A stretch of DNA of 20,793 bases, taken from Gemmatimonadales bacterium. GTDB taxonomy: Bacteria > Gemmatimonadota > Gemmatimonadetes > Gemmatimonadales > GWC2-71-9. The position numbers and the translations under genes were made by a program. The notes beneath the pieces were generated by a model that ran no database searches, was not told where the DNA came from, and was given only the letters and a program-made list of their open reading frames with translations. Shown piece by piece: positions 16,063 to 20,793 of this stretch; within the stretch, counting starts at the first letter, position 1; every line of letters starts with the position of its first letter. The stretch is taken from positions 1 to 20,793 of the forward strand of contig JBDIWC010000059.1 of assembly GCA_039794085.1 (NCBI GenBank), in the 5' to 3' direction.

Positions 16063-16428
16063 ATGGCAAGAACCCTGGCTCCTCTCCCGGCCCATCATCT
16101 GCAACACGAGATGACCACGACCACCTTCGATCTCGAAGGGTACACCGTGGTGCGGACCCTCGGCGTTGTTCTGGGCATCACGGTGAGATCCCGCTCGATC
16201 TTCGGCACGATGGGAGCGGGGATTCAGACGCTCTTAGGAGGAAACATCACGTTGTTCACCGAACTCTGCGAGCGGAGCCGTTCGGAGGCGTTCGAGCTCA
16301 TGCTTCAGCACGCCGAACAGCACGGCGCCAACGCGGTGATCGGCATACGGTACGACGCGAATGAGGTGATGTCGGGTGTCACGGAGGTCTTGTGCTACGG
16401 GACGGCCGTCGAAGTGGAGCCGGTCTGA
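16063..16428 (+). CDS. ybjQ: YbjQ/UPF0145 family protein
   Basis: TTT..LEGY.V...LGVV.G..VRSR...GG.I......R..A...M...A...[11 protein letters not shown]......EVLCYGTAV. Confidence 0.93.
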   Translation: MARTLAPLPAHHLQHEMTTTTFDLEGYTVVRTLGVVLGITVRSRSIFGTMGAGIQTLLGGNITLFTELCERSRSEAFELMLQHAEQHGANAVIGIRYDANEVMSGVTEVLCYGTAVEVEPV

Positions 16429-17957
16429 TGAGGGCCCGGTTGCTCCTCCCCGGACTCCTGGCCGTCATCGGTGCGACTCCGCTCGCCGGGCAGGGACAAG
16501 CGGACGTGGTCAACGAACTGACCATCGCCTCCATTCAGGAAGGGCTGGACAACGGTTCCTTCACCTGCCGGGCGCTGGTGGAGGGATACCTTCGCCGGAT
16601 CACCGCGTGGAATCCCGTGGTGAACGCCCTGGTGGTGGTGCATCCCCGGGCCCTCACCGTGGCCGACAGTCTCGACCGGGTGCAGGCGTCGGGTGCGCCT
16701 CGGGGGCCGTTGCACTGTGTTCCGCTCATCGTGAAGGACAACTACGACACCAAGGACCTTCCCACGACCGGTGGGTCGCTCGCCCTGGCCGACTTGCGGC
16801 CCGCGGCGGATGCGCCGACCGTGGCCCGGCTCCGGGCGGCGGGGGTCGTGATCCTGGCCAAGTCGAACATGGCGGAATTGGCCTTCAGCCCGTATGAGAC
16901 GGTGAGCTCGATCCTGCCCGGCTATACCCGGAATCCCTACGCCCTCGACCGGGTCACCGCGGGGTCGAGCGGCGGGACGGCGGCGGCGGTGGCGGCCAAC
17001 CTGGGCGCGGTGGGGCTCGGCACCGACACCGGCAACTCCATCCGCGGGCCGAGTGCGCACCAGGCGCTGGTGGGAGTGCGGAGCACCATGGGGCTGGTGA
17101 GCCGGACCGGTATCGTGCCGCTCAATCTCGGTGCGGATGTCGCCGGGCCGATGACCCGCACCGTGGCCGATGCCGCCGCGGTGCTCGAGGTGATGGCGGG
17201 ACCCGATTCCGCCGACCCGGTCACTCTGCGGGCGCCTCCGCGCGTTCCAGGATCGTACCTCGCGGCACTCGATCCCGCCGGACTTCGCGGGGCCCGCCTC
17301 GGTGTGCTCCGTGCGGCCTACGTGTCGGAGACGCTCGATGGCGAAGTGGACCAGGTGTTCCAGGGGGCCGTCGCGGAGCTCCGTCGCCTCGGTGCCGTGG
17401 TGGTGGAGGACGTGCCGGTGCCGGAGCTCGACAGTCTCCGACGGTCGTTCCGGGGAGGGTGCAATCCGTTCAAGGCGGAGTTCGAGCGATATCTGGCCTC
17501 GCACGGGGACCGCGCCCCGATTCACACCCTCGAGGAGCTGGTCCGGTCGCGGAAGTTCCACCCGTCAATCGAAACCCGGCTGCGTGCCGCGCTCGCGGTG
17601 GAGGAGTTGCCGGAAGCGAGTCCCGGGTGCCAGGCCGGGAAGGCATTTGGAGACGGGTTGCGCGCCGCCGTGCTCGGAGCAATGGACCGGGCCGGGGTGG
17701 ATGCCCTGATCTACCCCACCTGGAGCAACCCCCCGCGCCTCATCGGGGACCTCAACACCCCGCATGGGGACAACAATCAGCTCTTCGCGCCGCGTACCGG
17801 GTTCCCGGCCATCACGGTGCCGATGGGGTACACCCGGAATGGAGTACTTCCGGCGGGGCTCCAATTCTTCGGCAGGCCGTGGAGCGAAGCGACGCTGTTC
17901 CGGCTGGCCCATTCCTGGGAGCAGGCGACCCATCACCGCCGACCGCCCCCAATGTGA
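16428..17957 (+). CDS. Secreted amidase-signature family amidase
   Basis: TGATG overlap with ybjQ; signal peptide [55 protein letters not shown]. Confidence 0.95.
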   Translation: MRARLLLPGLLAVIGATPLAGQGQADVVNELTIASIQEGLDNGSFTCRALVEGYLRRITAWNPVVNALVVVHPRALTVADSLDRVQASGAPRGPLHCVPLIVKDNYDTKDLPTTGGSLALADLRPAADAPTVARLRAAGVVILAKSNMAELAFSPYETVSSILPGYTRNPYALDRVTAGSSGGTAAAVAANLGAVGLGTDTGNSIRGPSAHQALVGVRSTMGLVSRTGIVPLNLGADVAGPMTRTVADAAAVLEVMAGPDSADPVTLRAPPRVPGSYLAALDPAGLRGARLGVLRAAYVSETLDGEVDQVFQGAVAELRRLGAVVVEDVPVPELDSLRRSFRGGCNPFKAEFERYLASHGDRAPIHTLEELVRSRKFHPSIETRLRAALAVEELPEASPGCQAGKAFGDGLRAAVLGAMDRAGVDALIYPTWSNPPRLIGDLNTPHGDNNQLFAPRTGFPAITVPMGYTRNGVLPAGLQFFGRPWSEATLFRLAHSWEQATHHRRPPPM

Positions 17958-18050
17958 AGTTCGAAGTTTGAAGTTTGAAGGGACCCCACACCCGTCGGGG
18001 CGACTTTCGCCCCAGCGGAAGGTCACCCCGGCGAACGCCGGGGTCCATGG
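17955..18050. repeat. YGAAGTT heptamers plus two palindromes (GGGGCGA-CTT-TCGCCCC and a GTCA-type REP)
   Basis: Heptamers 17955-17980; hairpin 17997-18013; gtcaccccggcgaacgccggggtccatgg at 18022-18050 nearly matches 9167-9195. Confidence 0.8.
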
Positions 18051-18093
18051 GGAGTGTGAGGGAGGGCCTCCCCAGGCAGGTGTCGCGGGCTAT

Positions 18094-18128
18094 TTGACAA
18101 ATTAATTTGTCGGTTGTACTTTGTCCCC
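18094..18128 (+). promoter_or_regulatory. Sigma70-type promoter (TTGACA-17 bp-TACTTT) overlapped by a perfect 16-bp palindromic operator; probably leaderless
   Basis: TTGACA 18094-18099; TACTTT 18117-18122; GACAAATTAATTTGTC 18096-18111; ATG follows the -10 element after 6 nt with no Shine-Dalgarno. Confidence 0.8.
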
Positions 18129-18854
18129 ATGGCAGCCCCAACCCCCGCCCCCGCCGAACTCGCCTTCATCGACTCCACTCCGGCAGTCGCGGCCGTGGGC
18201 CATCCGGAACGGAGCGCGCTGCTCCAGGCCCTGGCGGAACGTCCGGATTCATCCTCTGGCCTCGCCGCCCGAACCGGGGATCGGCGGCAGCGGATCAATT
18301 ACCACCTCAAGGCGCTGGAAGCGGCCGGATTGGTCGAGCTGGCCGAGGAGAGGCCGCGTCGCGGGTTGACCGAGCGGGTCTTCCGCCCTGCGGCGCGGAG
18401 CTTCGTCATCGATCCCGCGGTTCTGGGTCCTCTCGACGCCGGCACGATGGCCGAGGAGGGCGAGGGAGACCGGTGGTCCGCCCGCTACGCCATTGCCCTC
18501 GCAGCCCGCGCCACCCGGGAGATTGCGGCTCTGGAGTCAAAGGCGCGCGCCGGGAAGAAGCGGCTCGCCACCGCGTCGCTGGACACGATGGTGCACCTCA
18601 CGAACCCCGGGGCGATGGCCGCCTTTGTCGAGGATCTGGCCTGCGCCGTGGCCCAGGTAGTGGCTCGGCACCAGAGTTCGGCGCCGGGCGCCCGCCCCTT
18701 CCGGGTCACCTGTTCGAGCTGGCCCGCGCCTTCCGGCACAGCACGGGACCCGTCACCCACTCCTTCATCCTCCACGAAAGAGAGGTCCCTCCATGGACAC
18801 GACTCCCCCTACCCGGTCCGCCGCCGGGACCATCGAGATCGAGGCACCCCCTGA
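18129..18854 (+). CDS. ArsR-like winged-helix transcriptional regulator
   Basis: HPER..LL.AL..RP.S...LA...G..RQRINYHLKALE.AGLV....ER..RG..ER.F. Confidence 0.9.
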   Translation: MAAPTPAPAELAFIDSTPAVAAVGHPERSALLQALAERPDSSSGLAARTGDRRQRINYHLKALEAAGLVELAEERPRRGLTERVFRPAARSFVIDPAVLGPLDAGTMAEEGEGDRWSARYAIALAARATREIAALESKARAGKKRLATASLDTMVHLTNPGAMAAFVEDLACAVAQVVARHQSSAPGARPFRVTCSSWPAPSGTARDPSPTPSSSTKERSLHGHDSPYPVRRRDHRDRGTP

Positions 18855-19563
18855 ACGCGTGTGGCGGGCACTGACCGACGCGGCCGACCTGGTACGCTGG
18901 TTTCCGTTGGAGGCGAAGGTGGAGCCGGGTGAGGGGGGATCGGTCTACATGTCGTGGAAGAACGAGTTCGCAGCCACGTCGAAAATCCTCGCATGGGAGC
19001 CCCATCGCCGCCTTGCCATTGTGTGGGGTTGGGGAGAGGAGAAGGAGAGTCAGCCTCAGGTGACCGAGTATCGGATAGAGGCAGCGGATGGGGGCCGGAG
19101 AACGGTCCTCCGGGTGGTGACCAGCGGATTCCCGACCGATCCCGCCTGGGACGATTTTGTGGAGGGGACCAACCGCGGGTGGGTGTTCGAGCTGCAATCG
19201 CTCAAGCAGTACCTGGAGCATCACGACGGCGAGGAGCGGCGGGTGGTGTACCTGCGTCACCGGGTCCCGAAGAGCGTGGCCTCCGATTGGACCCGCCTCT
19301 TCAGCACGGACGGGCTCGGGGAGTCGCCACTCGGCGGGGAGGCGTTCGACCGCGCGCTGCCACATCAGTACGCGGCCGTGGTGCCCGATGTCGGTGGCGG
19401 GCTCTTCCGGGCCTCCTGCGAACCGTGCATGCCGGGGGCGGACAGCAAGGACGTGACCCTCTGGCTCCAGGCCTGGGGGGACGACCGCGCGACGCTGGAC
19501 CGGTATGAACGGGAGTGGCCGGACATTCTGGCGCGAGTATTCCCCGAAGGGGCAGAAGTGTGA
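18793..19563 (+). CDS. SRPBCC (AHSA1/START-like) domain protein
   Basis: GAGAGG RBS; IEIEAPPERVWRALTD...L.RWF, GG.....W, EP.RRL...W, T.LRVV.SGF, GW...L..LK.YLE. Confidence 0.9.
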   Translation: MDTTPPTRSAAGTIEIEAPPERVWRALTDAADLVRWFPLEAKVEPGEGGSVYMSWKNEFAATSKILAWEPHRRLAIVWGWGEEKESQPQVTEYRIEAADGGRRTVLRVVTSGFPTDPAWDDFVEGTNRGWVFELQSLKQYLEHHDGEERRVVYLRHRVPKSVASDWTRLFSTDGLGESPLGGEAFDRALPHQYAAVVPDVGGGLFRASCEPCMPGADSKDVTLWLQAWGDDRATLDRYEREWPDILARVFPEGAEV

Positions 19564-19619
19564 AGTTGTAGGGGCGGTCCGTGGACCGCCCTAGTCTGAA
19601 GGAGCTTTGAACTTCACAC
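19558..19619. repeat. GTAG-type REP enclosed by a 10-bp inverted repeat
   Basis: GTAG-GGGCGGTCC-GT-GGACCGCCC (19568-19591), flanked by GTGTGAAGTT (19558-19567) and AACTTCACAC (19610-19619). Confidence 0.8.
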
Positions 19620-19672
19620 GTCCACGAAGTGGAGTACCTTTCGTCCTCCCATTCTCCAGGACAACCCTCGCC

Positions 19673-20413
19673 ATGTTCACCACTCTTCTGGCCGCGACCG
19701 CCATTGCCCTCCATCCAGCGCCGGCCGCCGATTCGACCGTCTACCGGGCGTTGTTCCTGCGGGCGGCACCGGGCCACCTGCTGGAGCTCATCGACCTCTA
19801 CCGCGCCCGCATGCCGGTGCATGCCGCGGCGGGGGAAGCCGAGCCGGTGTTTGCGCGGCACAGTCAGGGGGACCATTGGGATCTCCTTCTCCTCTATCCG
19901 ATCGGCACGATGGCCGAGTACTACTCGGAAGAGCGGCAGGCCCGATGGGAACGGGCGGAGAGGGAGATCAGGTACGATGGCGCGGCGTTCGACCGGGAGC
20001 GGGACCGGCTGGAGGCGTGGCGGGAGGAGTTGTTCGTGTCGGGTCCCGAGGTGGCCATGCTTCGGGAACGAAACCGGGAGGCCGGCTTCTATCACCTGGA
20101 GGTCTTCCTGGCCCTTCCCGGCCAGCGGGCCGCCCTGCTCCATCAGCGGGAGATGGAGAACGACTATCTGCGCCGGATCGGCCGGCCCGACAACCTGGTG
20201 TTCACCCGGATCGGCGGCGCGCCGTGGGATCTCTTCACGCTCGGGCTTTACCGGAATCTGCAGCACTACGCGGAGCCCTCGGCCGCGAGCGATGCCGCCG
20301 ACGACTCGGCGGCGAAGGCGGCGGGTTTCGAGAGCCGGAACACGATCGGGAGCTACCTGCGGAGCTTCCTGCAGGGGCACCATGATACGCTGTTGAACCG
20401 GGTGAGAGAGTAG
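19673..20413 (+). CDS. Secreted hypothetical protein with two internal repeats (possible NIPSNAP-like alpha/beta barrel)
   Basis: Signal peptide MFTTLLAATAIALHPAPA; repeats 'Y...FLRAAPG...GDHWDLLLL' and 'YHLEVFLALPG...GAPWDLFTL'. Confidence 0.7.
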   Translation: MFTTLLAATAIALHPAPAADSTVYRALFLRAAPGHLLELIDLYRARMPVHAAAGEAEPVFARHSQGDHWDLLLLYPIGTMAEYYSEERQARWERAEREIRYDGAAFDRERDRLEAWREELFVSGPEVAMLRERNREAGFYHLEVFLALPGQRAALLHQREMENDYLRRIGRPDNLVFTRIGGAPWDLFTLGLYRNLQHYAEPSAASDAADDSAAKAAGFESRNTIGSYLRSFLQGHHDTLLNRVRE

Positions 20414-20481
20414 GGAGTAGGGAAGAAGGGAATAGGGACATTCCTCTGAGCGTCATGCCGAGGGCGCAGCCCGAGGGATCT
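20408..20481. repeat. AGTAGGG-like heptamers followed by a GTCA-type REP
   Basis: agtaggg agtaggg aagaaggg aataggg starting at the stop codon; gtcatgccgagggcgcagccgagggatct (20452-20481) resembles the REP at ~3850. Confidence 0.75.
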
Positions 20482-20494
20482 GTGGAGACCGGCC

Positions 20495-20667
20495 TCATTT
20501 TGTCCAGATCACGATCACGCAATCGGCCCCGATCCCCGTCAGTTCGGCGGGGATCTCGGCGGCGCCCTTGTAGATCTCGAGGGCCTGAATCTGCTGGAAG
20601 GGGATCGAATTGAAATCGAAGGAGGTTCCGTTGCCGTTCATGCGCATGCCATCGAGATAGATGATGG
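20495..20667 (-). pseudogene. C-terminal fragment of a TonB plug-like domain gene cut by an IS insertion
   Basis: PIIYLDG......F..I....I.ALEIYKGAAEIPAE......C.IVIWTK*; the plug-like pattern begins at the IS inverted repeat, and the N-terminal part of the track ORF is antisense IS sequence. Confidence 0.75.
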
Positions 20668-20793
20668 GGCTCTTCCCCTGATCGAGTGGGTAAGTTAGCC
20701 TGCATCCATGAGAGATCGAGATCTGTATAGCAGGATTCTGGGCCTCCCCAGCCCGTGGCGCGTGTCCGAGGTGGAGCTGGCGCTGGGCCAAGG
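20668..20793 (+). mobile_element. ISL3-family insertion sequence, left end (truncated by the window edge)
   Basis: Terminal IR-like GGCTCTTCCCCTGATCGAGTGGGTA at 20668, followed 40 nt later by an ISL3-like transposase start. Confidence 0.8.
20708..20793 (+). CDS. ISL3-family transposase, N-terminal fragment
   Basis: Manual translation MRDRDLYSRILGLPSPWRVSEVELALGQ fits the ISL3 N-terminal pattern (LY..ILG...PW.V..V.L). Absent from the ORF track because it runs off the window. Confidence 0.8.
   Translation, partial: MRDRDLYSRILGLPSPWRVSEVELALGQ

Noticed and set aside
13521..16064. Long antisense or alternative-frame ORFs (847 aa here; also 477-1646, 2194-3804, 5604-7067, 7911-9035, 16395-17561, 19301-20383)
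   Set aside because: Shadow ORFs typical of high-GC DNA; they overlap well-supported genes and show no recognisable motifs.

Overview
GC-rich bacterial window. The gene content (TonB-dependent receptor, plug-type protein, Ser/Thr kinase-TPR fusion, GTCA/GTAG REP palindromes) suggests a diderm such as Gemmatimonadota; this is inference only. From left to right: a ~250-nt structured non-coding segment resembling an orphan IS110-type end/bridge-like RNA; a three-gene operon (NTF2/SnoaL-like protein, YcaO, extended TfuA) that looks like a thioamidation system with no short precursor peptide; a SAM methyltransferase; a G1-glutamic-peptidase-like protein; an atypical nucleotide cyclase-kinase-TM-TPR fusion whose cyclase domain resembles the 'putative peptide modification system cyclase' clade; DUF3179; a Crp/Fnr regulator; an SDR-amidase-TonB receptor-YbjQ-amidase operon; a leaderless, probably autoregulated HTH-SRPBCC pair; a secreted hypothetical protein; and a plug-domain gene interrupted by an ISL3 element at the right edge. 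Many intergenic gaps carry heptamer tandem arrays of fixed polarity, often beside REP palindromes. All family assignments come from motif recognition by eye; no database searches were run.
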